A stretch of 64,000 bases of DNA from an uncultured delta proteobacterium. GTDB taxonomy: Bacteria; Desulfobacterota; Binatia; UBA9968. The stretch is taken from contig CAVTUQ010000017.1 of the NCBI GenBank assembly GCA_963737905.1, positions 1-64,000 on the forward strand. Direction: 5' to 3'. The position numbers were made by a program, and so were the translations under genes. Below are positions 51,904-61,944 of the stretch, in pieces (the first letter of the stretch is position 1; the number at the start of each line of letters is the position of its first letter). The notes beneath the pieces were generated by a model. The model did no database searches, was not told where the DNA came from, and saw only the letters and a list, made by a program, of their open reading frames with translations.

Positions 51904-52929
51904 ATGGCGGCAAAACGTAAAGTCTGTTTCACGGGGCCCATGAGGCTAAAGCTTGCCGAAGAATTGTTGCGGAGCGCGGGCTGCGAGCTGGTGTTAGGTA
52001 AAAACGCCGACGACTTTCGCACCTATAAGTACGAGCGGCGGGAGTTGGTCGATCTCATCGGTGATTGTCCGGTGGTCTATCCGTCGGGCCGCGACGTGAT
52101 CGGCGCGGAGATCTTGGATTCCTGCCCGGATCTGCAAGCGGTGGTGAAGTCGAGTATCGGGATCGAAACCGTGGATGTGGATGCCGCCACGGATCTCGGG
52201 ATCCTTTGTTGCAATAGTCCGACTCCAGAGAACTACCTGGGAGTCGCCGAAGCGACCGTCGGTTTCGCGGTGGCTCTGTTCAAACGGCTCAAGTTCAACG
52301 AGGCCTTCCTGCGGGTCGGACAGTGGAAAGAGCCGGAAAACCGCGGGACGCTGATGGTCGGCAAAACCATCGGGATCATCGGCGTCGGCCGCATCGGCCG
52401 CAACGTTGCCAAGAGGCTCGGCCCCTGGGAGATGAAGTTTCTAGGCTATGATCCCTACGTGTCCCAGGAAACGGTGGCGCCGCTTAATATCAGAATGGTG
52501 AGCCTCGAGGAACTGCTGCGGGAGTCGGATGTCGTGACGCTTCACGTCGTTCTTACACGGGAAACCCGTAACCTGATTACGCTTCGGGAATTGAAGATGA
52601 TGAAGCCCACGGCCTACATTATTAATACCTCGCGCGGTCCGGCAATCAACGAAGCGGATTTAGCCCGGGCCTTGAATGAGAAAATCATTGCGGGCGCGGC
52701 ACTGGACGTTTTTGCTGAAGAGCCGACGCCGATAAGTAATCCGTTGCGGGAGGTCGATCCAGCGAGGCTGATCATGACGCCGCACATCATCGGCAACAAT
52801 CCCGGCTCCGCGGAAGCTGGACAGCGCATGGCAGCCGAAAGCATTCTTTCGATCCTCGACGGCAAAGCTCCCGATACGGTGGTAAACCCGAAGGCGATCG
52901 ATCAGTGGAAGGAGCGATTCTGGGCATAG
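51904..52929 (+). CDS. D-isomer-specific 2-hydroxyacid dehydrogenase
   Basis: GIIGVGRIG, INTSRG, AALDVFAEEP, TPHI. Confidence 0.9.
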   Translation: MAAKRKVCFTGPMRLKLAEELLRSAGCELVLGKNADDFRTYKYERRELVDLIGDCPVVYPSGRDVIGAEILDSCPDLQAVVKSSIGIETVDVDAATDLGILCCNSPTPENYLGVAEATVGFAVALFKRLKFNEAFLRVGQWKEPENRGTLMVGKTIGIIGVGRIGRNVAKRLGPWEMKFLGYDPYVSQETVAPLNIRMVSLEELLRESDVVTLHVVLTRETRNLITLRELKMMKPTAYIINTSRGPAINEADLARALNEKIIAGAALDVFAEEPTPISNPLREVDPARLIMTPHIIGNNPGSAEAGQRMAAESILSILDGKAPDTVVNPKAIDQWKERFWA

Positions 52930-52930
52930 C

Positions 52931-53962
52931 ATGGGGCGGGGATGGCGGGAGAAGATGAACGTACGTAGGCTGGTCGAAATTTCCCTTCTGGTGATTCTCA
53001 CCATCGCTCTTTCATCGACATTCAGCCGGCCGGGTTTTTCTGCCGTAGCTTCCTCCGTCGTGCGCATGGGTTATCCGCAGCCCAGCGGCGCCATGATGCC
53101 GATCTGGGTTATGTCGGACGCTAAGATCGACCACAAATACGGCGTCGATCTCCAGAACATCTATATATCGGGCGGTGCTCGGCTAACGCAGACTCTGGTT
53201 GCCGGAGATATCGACCTGGCGTCGTCAGGCGGCGCCGTGGTAAACGCGATCTTGAGCGGCGCCGACATCGTCTGCATCGCCGCTAGCATTCCCACCTATG
53301 GCTTCTCGCTCTATGCACGGCCCGACGTGAAAGACGTGTCGAGCTTGAGGGGAAAAGTAGTCGGGGTGATGACGAAGGGAGCTTCCTCCGATCATGCCGC
53401 CGTAGCGCTGCTGCGCCGGAACAACATGCAAGCCGGCCAAGATGTAAAGCTTCTTTATCTCGGTGGTGTGCGGGAGGTATTGGCTGCCCTGGAACGAGGC
53501 ATCGTCTCGGCCGGGGTGTTATCGGCCCCGACGACCCTGATGGCGCGTCGGCTCGGGTTTAAAGAGATCGTCAATATCGCCGATCTGAAACTGCCTTACG
53601 TTCATAGCGGTGTGGTGGTGCGCCGTTCCCTGGCGCGACAACAACCCGACCGAGTAAGAGCGTTTCTTAAAGGTTATGTCGTGGCGATTAAAGTTAGCAA
53701 TGAGGATCCTGAAACCAGCAAGCGGGCCCTTGCCCGATATCTAGCTACGACTGACAGCGCCGTCATCGACGAAGCCTATCAATCTTTTCGGGGTGTCTTT
53801 CCAAAAGTGCCCTATTTTAGCGAAGAATATATCAAGTCCGTGCTTTCGGTAACCGATCACCCCAAAGCTGCTACCGCAGATCCCAAAGAGTTCTTTGACA
53901 ACCGGTTCCTAAAGGAGTTAGAAGATAGTGGATTCGTGCAAGAGCTTTACGGTAAACGTTAG
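52931..53962 (+). CDS. ABC substrate-binding protein (SsuA/NMT1-like)
   Basis: Signal peptide, KYGVD, LVAGDIDL, LRGKVVGV, FDNRFLKELEDSGF; start uncertain. Confidence 0.85.
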   Translation: MGRGWREKMNVRRLVEISLLVILTIALSSTFSRPGFSAVASSVVRMGYPQPSGAMMPIWVMSDAKIDHKYGVDLQNIYISGGARLTQTLVAGDIDLASSGGAVVNAILSGADIVCIAASIPTYGFSLYARPDVKDVSSLRGKVVGVMTKGASSDHAAVALLRRNNMQAGQDVKLLYLGGVREVLAALERGIVSAGVLSAPTTLMARRLGFKEIVNIADLKLPYVHSGVVVRRSLARQQPDRVRAFLKGYVVAIKVSNEDPETSKRALARYLATTDSAVIDEAYQSFRGVFPKVPYFSEEYIKSVLSVTDHPKAATADPKEFFDNRFLKELEDSGFVQELYGKR

Positions 53963-53977
53963 GAGGGGACCAGCTGA

Positions 53978-54991
53978 ATGAATATCCGAGCAACTAGATT
54001 AGCAGCAGGGTGTTTTGCACTGTTCCTGCCAGTCACGATGTTCTTGGCCAAAGGTTTAGCCGGGGCGGCGGATAAACTGGTGGGGATACATTCCGCGCGG
54101 GTGATGTCGCAATCGATGCCCTGGATGGCGCAGGAAGCGGGCTTGTTCAAGAAATACAATCTAGATTTCAGTTTAGTCTTTATCTCTTCGTCGGGAATCG
54201 TGACGGCGGCATTGTTGGGCGGCGACGCGGAGATGACGGTGACCGGCGGGGTCGGGAACGTCGCTGCATATACCCGGGGATCCACCGATGTCGTGTTCAT
54301 CGGCGGCGTAAAAAACACCATGACTCAAACACTGGTGGCCGGCGGAAATATCAAAAAACCTGAAGATCTCAAAGGAAAGAAGATCGGCGTGAGCCGGATC
54401 GGCGGCAATTCCCACTATTTTACCATCCAGGCACTGCGTCGCTTCGGCATGGACGCCAGTCGCGACGTACAATTCATTCAAACCGGCGGCGATCCCGAGA
54501 CTTTTGCGGCTTTTGTCAGCGGATCGATCGATGTCGCCAATCTCACGCCACCGACGGATGCGCTGGCGATTGCGCGCGGGTATCATTACGTAATCTACGG
54601 CCCCGATCTGAAAATTCCCTACGCTGCGACCGCGTTTGTGACCAAGCGCTCCGTGATCGCGAAACGCCCCCAGGTCATCGGCAATTTTATGCGCACGATG
54701 GCGGAAACCGCCAAGCTGATGCACACGGATCGTGAGTTTGTTTACAAAGTGCTGGGCAAGTATCTGCGAGTAACCGACCGCAATGTTCTGGACTCGGCGT
54801 ACAATGCTGAAATCAAGGTCTTGGAGCCGCGTTTGGTGATCAAGACGGAATCGTTACAGGCGATTCTGGATGAACTCTCGGCAACCGACCCTCGGGCCAA
54901 GAAAGTCAAACCCCAGGAAATGATCGACACTCGTTATCTGGATGAAATGGAAAAGAGCGGTTTTTTCGATCAACTATGGGCTAAGAAATAG
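53978..54991 (+). CDS. ABC substrate-binding protein (SsuA/NMT1-like)
   Basis: EAGLFKKYNLD, DLKGKKIGVSR, IDTRYLDEMEKSGFF. Confidence 0.88.
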   Translation: MNIRATRLAAGCFALFLPVTMFLAKGLAGAADKLVGIHSARVMSQSMPWMAQEAGLFKKYNLDFSLVFISSSGIVTAALLGGDAEMTVTGGVGNVAAYTRGSTDVVFIGGVKNTMTQTLVAGGNIKKPEDLKGKKIGVSRIGGNSHYFTIQALRRFGMDASRDVQFIQTGGDPETFAAFVSGSIDVANLTPPTDALAIARGYHYVIYGPDLKIPYAATAFVTKRSVIAKRPQVIGNFMRTMAETAKLMHTDREFVYKVLGKYLRVTDRNVLDSAYNAEIKVLEPRLVIKTESLQAILDELSATDPRAKKVKPQEMIDTRYLDEMEKSGFFDQLWAKK

Positions 54992-55008
54992 CAAAAAAAG
55001 GAGGAGCC

Positions 55009-56178
55009 ATGGAAGAATTAATAATCTCGGCAGATTCTCACGTTATCGAGGTTCCCGACCTCTGGGAGAAGGGTATGCCTCAGACCCTCCAGGCGCGGGC
55101 ACCCAAAGTCTATTTCGACGAAAAGAAAGACGCCTGGCTTTTCGGCTCCGAGGAAGTGATCCCGCAAGCCGTCGGCGGCTTGTTCATGGCTGGGCAGCGG
55201 CCGGACAATTTGGAGAATTTTCGCAGGGCCGGATTCTCCGTAGCGCGTCCCGGCGGTTGGGACCCCATCGTGCGCATGAAGGACATGGAAACGGACGGCG
55301 TCTCCGCCGAAGTGCTTTATCCCAGTTTGGGACTGGGCTTGTATTGCGTTGAAGATGCAGCCCTCCAGGAAGCTTTGTTTCGAACCTACAACGACTGGCT
55401 GATTGATTACTGCCAGAAAGTACCGGATCGCTTGTTCGGCATCGCGCTTATTTCCATGTACGACATCGACCACGCTATCGCCGAGACGGAGCGCTGCAAG
55501 AAAGCGGGGATGGTCGGAACCATGATCTGGCAAGTGCCAGACCCGAAGTTGCCCTTTACATCGGAGCACTATGAACGCTTCTGGGCGGCGTCTCAAGCGT
55601 TGGATATGCCTATCCACCTCCATATCCTTACGGGTTTCGGTGCCAGCATGAATCGCGGGTCGGCCAAAGGGATAACCCGGTATCGTAACAGTGTGAATCA
55701 GACCCGAGAGATAGAAGACGCTCTGTTCGATATGATCTTTTCCGGAGTTCTCGAGCGCTATCCCAAACTTAAAATCGTTTCCGTTGAGAACGAAGTGGGC
55801 TGGATGCCGTTTTGGCTAGGGCAGTGTGACAAATCCTTCAGGCGCCATCGGCACGCCGAAAAACTTTCCATCGATAAACCGCCGAGCGAATATTTCCAGC
55901 GGCAACTCTACGCCACTTTCTTCAATGACCATGTCGGCGGACGGCTGTTCACGTGGTGGGGTAGTGACAACTGCATGTGGTCGAACGATTATCCGCACCA
56001 GAACTCGACCTGGCCGCACTCTCGCGACGTTATCGCGCGTGACATGGGCCATTTGGCAGCGGCCGACCGCGCGAAGTTGCTGAATACCAACGTCACGAGA
56101 CTGTACAATTTGAATATTCCCGCTTCGGCGGCAGCGAAGTTACCGAGTAACGGCGAAGCTGTGGCGGCGAACGCTTAG
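55009..56178 (+). CDS. Amidohydrolase family 2 protein
   Basis: ISADSHVIE, DGVSAEVLYPS, WSNDYPH; paralog of the gene at 20598. Confidence 0.9.
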   Translation: MEELIISADSHVIEVPDLWEKGMPQTLQARAPKVYFDEKKDAWLFGSEEVIPQAVGGLFMAGQRPDNLENFRRAGFSVARPGGWDPIVRMKDMETDGVSAEVLYPSLGLGLYCVEDAALQEALFRTYNDWLIDYCQKVPDRLFGIALISMYDIDHAIAETERCKKAGMVGTMIWQVPDPKLPFTSEHYERFWAASQALDMPIHLHILTGFGASMNRGSAKGITRYRNSVNQTREIEDALFDMIFSGVLERYPKLKIVSVENEVGWMPFWLGQCDKSFRRHRHAEKLSIDKPPSEYFQRQLYATFFNDHVGGRLFTWWGSDNCMWSNDYPHQNSTWPHSRDVIARDMGHLAAADRAKLLNTNVTRLYNLNIPASAAAKLPSNGEAVAANA

Positions 56179-56302
56179 CATTTCGTCGACTTATGCAGTA
56201 GCCCCTCTCTTCTCTCCCCCGCGGCGGGAGCGGCGGGGAGATGGAAGAGGGGGATTCCGAAAAACCTTGAACTTGAAGGTGGAACAACCGAGGAGATAAA
56301 TT

Positions 56303-57322
56303 ATGGATTTACGCGATGCAATCAAAGTATTGGATTCCGATGCTCATGCGCGGGATTTCGACAACGATATTAGACCCTATTTGCCCGAGCCCTATCGCAA
56401 TCAGCGCGCGTCATTTATTCCCAGTGAGCATTACGACCGCAATCTCGGTGGTACCCTCGGCCAGTCCGGCGCCAAGGTCGAAGACCGTTTGGCCGCGATG
56501 GACGTGCAACAGATCCATACCGCCGTGATGTTTCCCACCAGCGGTCTCGGCGTCGGCCGAGTTCGGGACTCGCAATTCCAGACCGCGCTCTGCCGGGCGT
56601 ATAACGATTTTATCTCTGACTATTGCAAAGCATCGCCGCGCCTAAAAGCGGTGGCAAATTTGCCGGTGAATAATCCGGCGGAATGCGCCAAAGAGCTCAA
56701 TCGCGCGGTGACCAAACTGGGCTTGTGCGGCAGCATGCTGGTAGCCCAAGCGCATAGAAAAAATCTTGGCAGCCCGGAGTTTTACCCTCTGTATGAGGAA
56801 GCCCAGAGGCTCAACACGCCCGTCACCGTGCATGCCTTTGGCGGTGACGAGCCCGGGAGCGAGGTATTCGATTCGTTTATCTGTTTGCATACGACAGGTC
56901 ATCCTTTCCCGGTTCTGCGCCAACTGACTGCGATGATTTTTGGCGGCATCCCGGAGCTGTTTCCCAAGCTCAAGATCGGTTACCTCGAAGTCGGCTGCGG
57001 CTGGCTGCCCTACTGGGCGGAGCGTATGGATGAAGAGTGGGAAAAACGCGGCAAAGTCGAGGCGCCGCTCTGCAAGAAGAAACCGAGCGAATACTTGTCC
57101 AGTGAAAACATCTACTACGGTTGCGAGCCGGAAGAGAAGATGATCAGCTACGTGGTCAAAGAAATCGGTTCGAAGACGCTGATGTACGCTTCGGATTATC
57201 CGCACTGGGATATGAGTTGGCCGGAATCGGCGTCAATCCTCTGGCAGCGAGATGATATTTCCTGGAGGCAAAAAAGGACCTGCTGCTCAATAACGCCAAA
57301 CGGTTTTACAGACTTGAGTTGA
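56303..57322 (+). CDS. Amidohydrolase family 2 protein (probable single-base frameshift near 57262)
   Basis: LDSDAH, ASDYPHWD; adding one C restores ISLEAKKDLLLNNAKRFY; paralog of the gene at 50873. Confidence 0.85.
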   Translation: MDLRDAIKVLDSDAHARDFDNDIRPYLPEPYRNQRASFIPSEHYDRNLGGTLGQSGAKVEDRLAAMDVQQIHTAVMFPTSGLGVGRVRDSQFQTALCRAYNDFISDYCKASPRLKAVANLPVNNPAECAKELNRAVTKLGLCGSMLVAQAHRKNLGSPEFYPLYEEAQRLNTPVTVHAFGGDEPGSEVFDSFICLHTTGHPFPVLRQLTAMIFGGIPELFPKLKIGYLEVGCGWLPYWAERMDEEWEKRGKVEAPLCKKKPSEYLSSENIYYGCEPEEKMISYVVKEIGSKTLMYASDYPHWDMSWPESASILWQRDDISWRQKRTCCSITPNGFTDLS

Positions 57323-57471
57323 CGACGAGGATTCCGTGTGACGACGCAGGTCCATGCAACACCAAAAGCTTATTCCTCGTCGTCAGCTACTCAGGACGAC
57401 AGATAATATGACGGGTCATTCTCATATTGCAAAACGCGATATTAAACTAACAATTGATTAAGGAGTTTTAA

Positions 57472-59208
57472 ATGATTCAAACCAAAGGATTGTCAGGTGC
57501 CCAGACCATGCTGCGTGTTTTGGGCAAAATGGGTGTGGAGCGGATCTTCGCATCGCCGGGGTCTGAATGGTCACCCTTGTGGGAAGCGCTGGCGGAACCC
57601 GGCGTGGAAGGCATGCCGATTTATATGAGCACGCGCCATGAGGAAATCGCCGTCGGCATGGCGAGCGGCTACGCAAAGTCGACAGGCAAATTGCCTGCGG
57701 TGGTAATTCACACCACCGTCGGCGCGCTCCACGCGACCATGGCGATGCGCGGTGCCTTGCACGAGCAAGTCCCGATGGTTGTCTTTGCCGGGGAATCCAT
57801 CGGTTTTGGCGAAGACGAGGGGCCCGATCCTGGGGGACAATGGGGAAGCCATCTGGGAGACATGGGCGGTCCGGCCAAACTCGTGGATCATACAGTCAAG
57901 TGGAGTTTCGGGATTAATACCAAGTCGATTCTTCCGGCCACGATTCAGAGGGCGTGTCGCCTCGCAATGGCGGGTCCACGGGGCCCTGTTTTCCTCTCGA
58001 TGCCCATGGAATATCTGTTCGAGACGATGACCAAGGATGTGCCGTCGGATCTGGGTGCCGCGCCGCTGGCGACCGCCGACCCGAAGGGCATCGAAGAGCT
58101 GGCGGATATGTTGGCTGGGGCGAAGAACCCGGTGATTGTTACGGAGGACTCCGGACGGACGGCCAAGGGTGTGGAGTGTCTGGTGGAGATCGCCGAATTG
58201 CTCGGTTGTCCCGTGGTCGAAACACGGAGCACCGGAGCGATCAACCTTCCAAGGACACATCCGCTTCACAGCGGCTTCGATCCACGGGAAGTCGTCCAGG
58301 GAAGCGATGTGATTTTTCTTCTGGCGGTTATAGCGCCGTGGCATCCGGCATCGATTACTCCATCGCCGGGCGCCAAGGTCGCGGCGCTCGACGAAAACCC
58401 GCATCGAGCCGAACTGCCTTACTACGGCTATCAAGTGGATCTCTGCCTGGCGGGTGAGGTCGAGTCTTCCTTGGAGCATCTGCTCGCCGCTCTCAAAAAG
58501 CGAGTGTCCAAGGGGGATGCTGCACGGAGCCGCCGCGCCGAGGAACTCAAGACCAAAAACGAAGCGCGCCGGAAAAAGTGGCGCGAGGAAGCGCAAGCCC
58601 TTGCCAATCAAAAGCCGATGGACACCCGTTGGGTAGCCCACGAAATCAGCCAGGTGTTGCCCGCGGACGCCATGGTGGTGGAAGAGACCATTACCCATCG
58701 TTTGGCCATTCACCGCTACCTCGACAAGCTCAAGCCAGGATCTTTCTTCGCCGGTTGCATCGGCGGTTTGGGAACGGGTTTGGCCACCGCGTTGGGCGTG
58801 AAGGCCGCCAATCCCAAGCGTCCGGTGATCTGTCTGATCGGCGACGGCTCTTTTAGTTACGATCCCGCGCCGGCGGCCTATGGAGCGGCGCAGGAGCACA
58901 ACCTGCCCTTCTTAACCATAATGTTTAATAACCAAGGCTATCTCTCTCAAAAGTCTGGGATTCCGAGATACTATCCCGATGGCTGGGCAGTCAAGTCCAA
59001 CAACTTTTCGGGACTCCATATCGTACCTTGTCCGGAATATTCGACGATCATCAAAGCCTTTGACGGCTACGGCGAGAGAGTTGAAGAACCAGGTGAGGTG
59101 CGCAAAGCCGTCGAGCGAGGGCTCAAAGCCGTGGCAGCAGGGCAATCCGCGCTCATCGATGTTCGCCTGAAGCCGGTGGAAGAAATCGTCCAACGGGGAG
59201 AGGGTTAG
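57472..59208 (+). CDS. Thiamine pyrophosphate-binding protein
   Basis: FASPGSE, RHEEIA, IGDGSFSY...FNNQGY; paralog of the gene at 472. Confidence 0.9.
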   Translation: MIQTKGLSGAQTMLRVLGKMGVERIFASPGSEWSPLWEALAEPGVEGMPIYMSTRHEEIAVGMASGYAKSTGKLPAVVIHTTVGALHATMAMRGALHEQVPMVVFAGESIGFGEDEGPDPGGQWGSHLGDMGGPAKLVDHTVKWSFGINTKSILPATIQRACRLAMAGPRGPVFLSMPMEYLFETMTKDVPSDLGAAPLATADPKGIEELADMLAGAKNPVIVTEDSGRTAKGVECLVEIAELLGCPVVETRSTGAINLPRTHPLHSGFDPREVVQGSDVIFLLAVIAPWHPASITPSPGAKVAALDENPHRAELPYYGYQVDLCLAGEVESSLEHLLAALKKRVSKGDAARSRRAEELKTKNEARRKKWREEAQALANQKPMDTRWVAHEISQVLPADAMVVEETITHRLAIHRYLDKLKPGSFFAGCIGGLGTGLATALGVKAANPKRPVICLIGDGSFSYDPAPAAYGAAQEHNLPFLTIMFNNQGYLSQKSGIPRYYPDGWAVKSNNFSGLHIVPCPEYSTIIKAFDGYGERVEEPGEVRKAVERGLKAVAAGQSALIDVRLKPVEEIVQRGEG

Positions 59209-59215
59209 AATAGTA

Positions 59216-59288
59216 GGTTCAAAGTTCAAAGGTTCAATGTTCAAAGTTCCGGGACCGACGTTGAACCTGGAACATTGAACCTTGAACT
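59216..59288. repeat. GTTCAA/TTGAAC tandem-inverted intergenic repeat
   Basis: (GTTCAA..)n followed by (TTGAAC..)n; relatives near 26765-26870, 27898-27930, 56266-56286, 60031-60054, 60541-60564 and 63121-63163. Confidence 0.7.
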
Positions 59289-59300
59289 ACCCAATCGGTT

Positions 59301-60010
59301 ATGGGAACTGGTTTTCACGACCAGCTAGTCACAACTCGCAATAAGAAACATAGCAAGGATCATCCCTTCTTCGAGCTGTGGGCGCAGGGGAAGCTGACCA
59401 AGGAGCAGACCGCTTTCTACTGCGCCCAGCATTTTCACTACGTCGTCGAGTATTTGAATTGGATGGCCTATGAGGCGTCCCAGATCCCTCAACGGGACGT
59501 AAAGGCCTATCTGTTTGAAAATCTCGGCGATGAAGAGAACCCCGAAGATCGCCATCTCGACATGCTCAAGGATTACGTCGCTGCCTGCGGCGTGAACCGA
59601 GACAGCGTCGAAAACTCGGTCGTACTGGGTGGCACCGATCAGTTGCAAAACTGGGGCTGGCGGCTGGTATATCAAAAGCCCTGGCAAGCCGCTCTGGCGG
59701 GCATGTTCATCGGTTTAGAGTCTCAGTTTTTGGATATCTGCAAGAAGATCGTTCCGGCACTGCACAAATATTACGGCCACAAACCCGGCGCGAGAGAGAG
59801 CCGATTCTTCGAAGAGCACATCACGCCGACGAAGTTCACGGATCGAAAGGTTTCGCAATCGTCGAGAAATATGCCGATACTCCGGAGTTGCAAGCGCTCG
59901 CTCTCAAAACTGTGGAAGAGGCGGGCATCCGGCGGTGGCGATATATGAACAGCATTTACTGGTATGCGCTCCACGGCAAAGAGGACGACACGCCGCTTCT
60001 CGGGACCTAA
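59301..60010 (+). CDS. Heme-oxygenase-like diiron enzyme (CADD/PqqC/TenA-like), frameshifted near 59823
   Basis: HPFF...GKLT, ENLGDEENPEDRH, ESQF; the duplicate copy at 60212 supplies intact FFEEHINADEVH. Confidence 0.8.
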
Positions 60011-60721
60011 CAGGCTCGTGATCAAAGAAGCGGTTCCAGCCGTTCAAATCGTTCTGTGTGTTTACTGCTGAGATCTTATGGCAAGAAAGAATCCAAAATG
60101 AAGATTCGTATCGACGGTAGTGTCGTAGTGGGTTGGTCCGGTATCAACCGACAAGACCTTAAAGAGAAAGTATTGCTACGACTTAGCCTAGGTAAGTGAA
60201 TACAACTATGTATGTTCATCGGTTTAGAGTCTCAGTTTCTCGATATCTGCAAGAAGATCGTTCCGGCACTGCACAAATATTACGGCCACAAACCCGGCGC
60301 GAGAGAGAGCCGATTCTTCGAAGAGCACATCAACGCCGACGAAGTTCACGGATCGAAAGGTTTCGCAATCGTCGAGAAATATGCCGATACTCCGGAGTTG
60401 CAAGCGCTCGCTCTCAAAACCGTGGAAGAGGCGGGCATCCGGCGGTGGCGTTATATGAACAGCATTTACTGGTATGCGCTCCACGGCAAAGAGGACGACA
60501 CGCCGCCTCTCGGGACCTAACAGGCTCGCGATCAAAGAAGCGGTTCCAGCCGTTCAAATCGTTCCGGGTGTTTACCGCTGAGATCTTATGGCAAGAAAGA
60601 AACCAAAATGAAAATTCGTATCGACGGTGGCGTCGTAGTGGGTTGGTCCGGTACCAACCGACCAGACCTTTAAGGGAAAGGATTGCTACGACTTGGCCCA
60701 GGTAAGTGAATACAACTTTGT
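59703..60721 (+). repeat. Tandem duplication, about 509-bp unit (59703-60211 and 60212-60721)
   Basis: Direct alignment by eye: about 21 substitutions and one indel; contains the 3' part of the diiron gene and downstream DNA. Confidence 0.92.
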
Positions 60722-60767
60722 GAAGTCGGCCACAGGTGCCGTTCTCCATCTCGATCGCTTAATAACT

Positions 60768-61676
60768 TCACAATCGCACGGAAGCTTCTCGTTCGAGCCA
60801 GAAGTTTGCTATATCGATGCAAGGGTAAAATCGTACGCCATCGTGACCCTGGGCATAATCGATGAACCGAGCCAGCAGTTGACTCATCCCGGGTCTCCCG
60901 CTGATGTGCACATGGCAGGCGTAGCAGAACTTCATGGGATGCCTGAGAGACTCCTCGTAACTAGCATCAAAGGCATCCTTTAATTGCGCGAGACCAGCAG
61001 CCAGACCGAGCGGCACGAGAGTGTTATCAGTACAATTCGGCATGACATAGCCCACCGACACGATCTTTTTCCCGTTCACGTCGATGACGTATGGCACGTC
61101 AGAGTCGGAATAGTCCGCCGTCCAAACAAACCCCAGCTCCGTGCAGATCTCCAGCGTATTCGGCGTCGGCCGCGGCCCCTGCGACATGTAGCCGACGATT
61201 CGCGATTTAGTGGCCTGTTCGAGTGCAGTAATAGATTTAGCGATGGAGTTTCTTTCTTCATCCTTGGTCTTGAAGACAGGAGGGTGCATCGATTGGTCCC
61301 ACCCGTGGGTGGCAAGCTCCTGCCCTCGCGCTCTGACCTCTCGCACGCTCTCCGGGAATAGCTCAGCGACCAGACCGCTTGCGATGACCGTGGCCTTGAC
61401 ATCATGCCGGTCCAATACGTCGAGGAGGCGCCAGATACCGGATCTGGCGCCATATTCACGCGCGCCCAGCGCCAGGTAGTCGAATGTGTGGTGTGCTCCT
61501 TTGGGCATCGGCCTGGTGGGTGCGGGTACGGACTCCCATTCGTGCAGCAAGATGAGCATCACCGCCATCCTGGCGCCGCCAGGCCACTCCCTGAACCAAT
61601 CCGGTCGCCCGGGACGTTGCGGCCGGTAATTCCACTGGTACGCTCCGACGAAATCGGGAAAGGTCATGATGGTCAC
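60768..61676 (-). CDS. Polysaccharide deacetylase family protein (PuuE/allantoinase-like)
   Basis: WPGGARMAV, EYGARSGIWRLLDVLD, ATHGW, HVHISGRP. Confidence 0.85.
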   Translation of the reverse strand: MTIMTFPDFVGAYQWNYRPQRPGRPDWFREWPGGARMAVMLILLHEWESVPAPTRPMPKGAHHTFDYLALGAREYGARSGIWRLLDVLDRHDVKATVIASGLVAELFPESVREVRARGQELATHGWDQSMHPPVFKTKDEERNSIAKSITALEQATKSRIVGYMSQGPRPTPNTLEICTELGFVWTADYSDSDVPYVIDVNGKKIVSVGYVMPNCTDNTLVPLGLAAGLAQLKDAFDASYEESLRHPMKFCYACHVHISGRPGMSQLLARFIDYAQGHDGVRFYPCIDIANFWLEREASVRL

Positions 61677-61944
61677 CCTCCTTCACACGAACTCGACAAC
61701 TGTTTTCGGACGCTTCACGTGTCCTCGGTATGTGACAATACGATCACCGACCGGTCAGTTGCAAGGCGATACTTTGGCCCCCTACTTTCCACACCAAGTG
61801 ATTTTTCTAAGTTGTAAGTCAAACGGAAAAAGCTGTTGCGCCTTAAATGGCTTTCATCGGGGGAGAGTCTTGTTATATATAAGATTGAAGCCGACTTCGG
61901 GTGGGATGGGCCGCAAGGATCGTGCTTGCTGGAAGGAGAAGCAG

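Noticed and set aside
57571-58899. Long antisense ORFs (442 aa here; also 38765-39802, 16791-17681, 41115-41924)
   Set aside because: Shadow frames of well-supported genes in GC-rich DNA, with no recognisable motifs
59703-60721. Duplication as a diversity-generating retroelement TR/VR pair
   Set aside because: Differences are not confined to adenines on one strand, most are non-coding or synonymous, and there is no reverse transcriptase in the window
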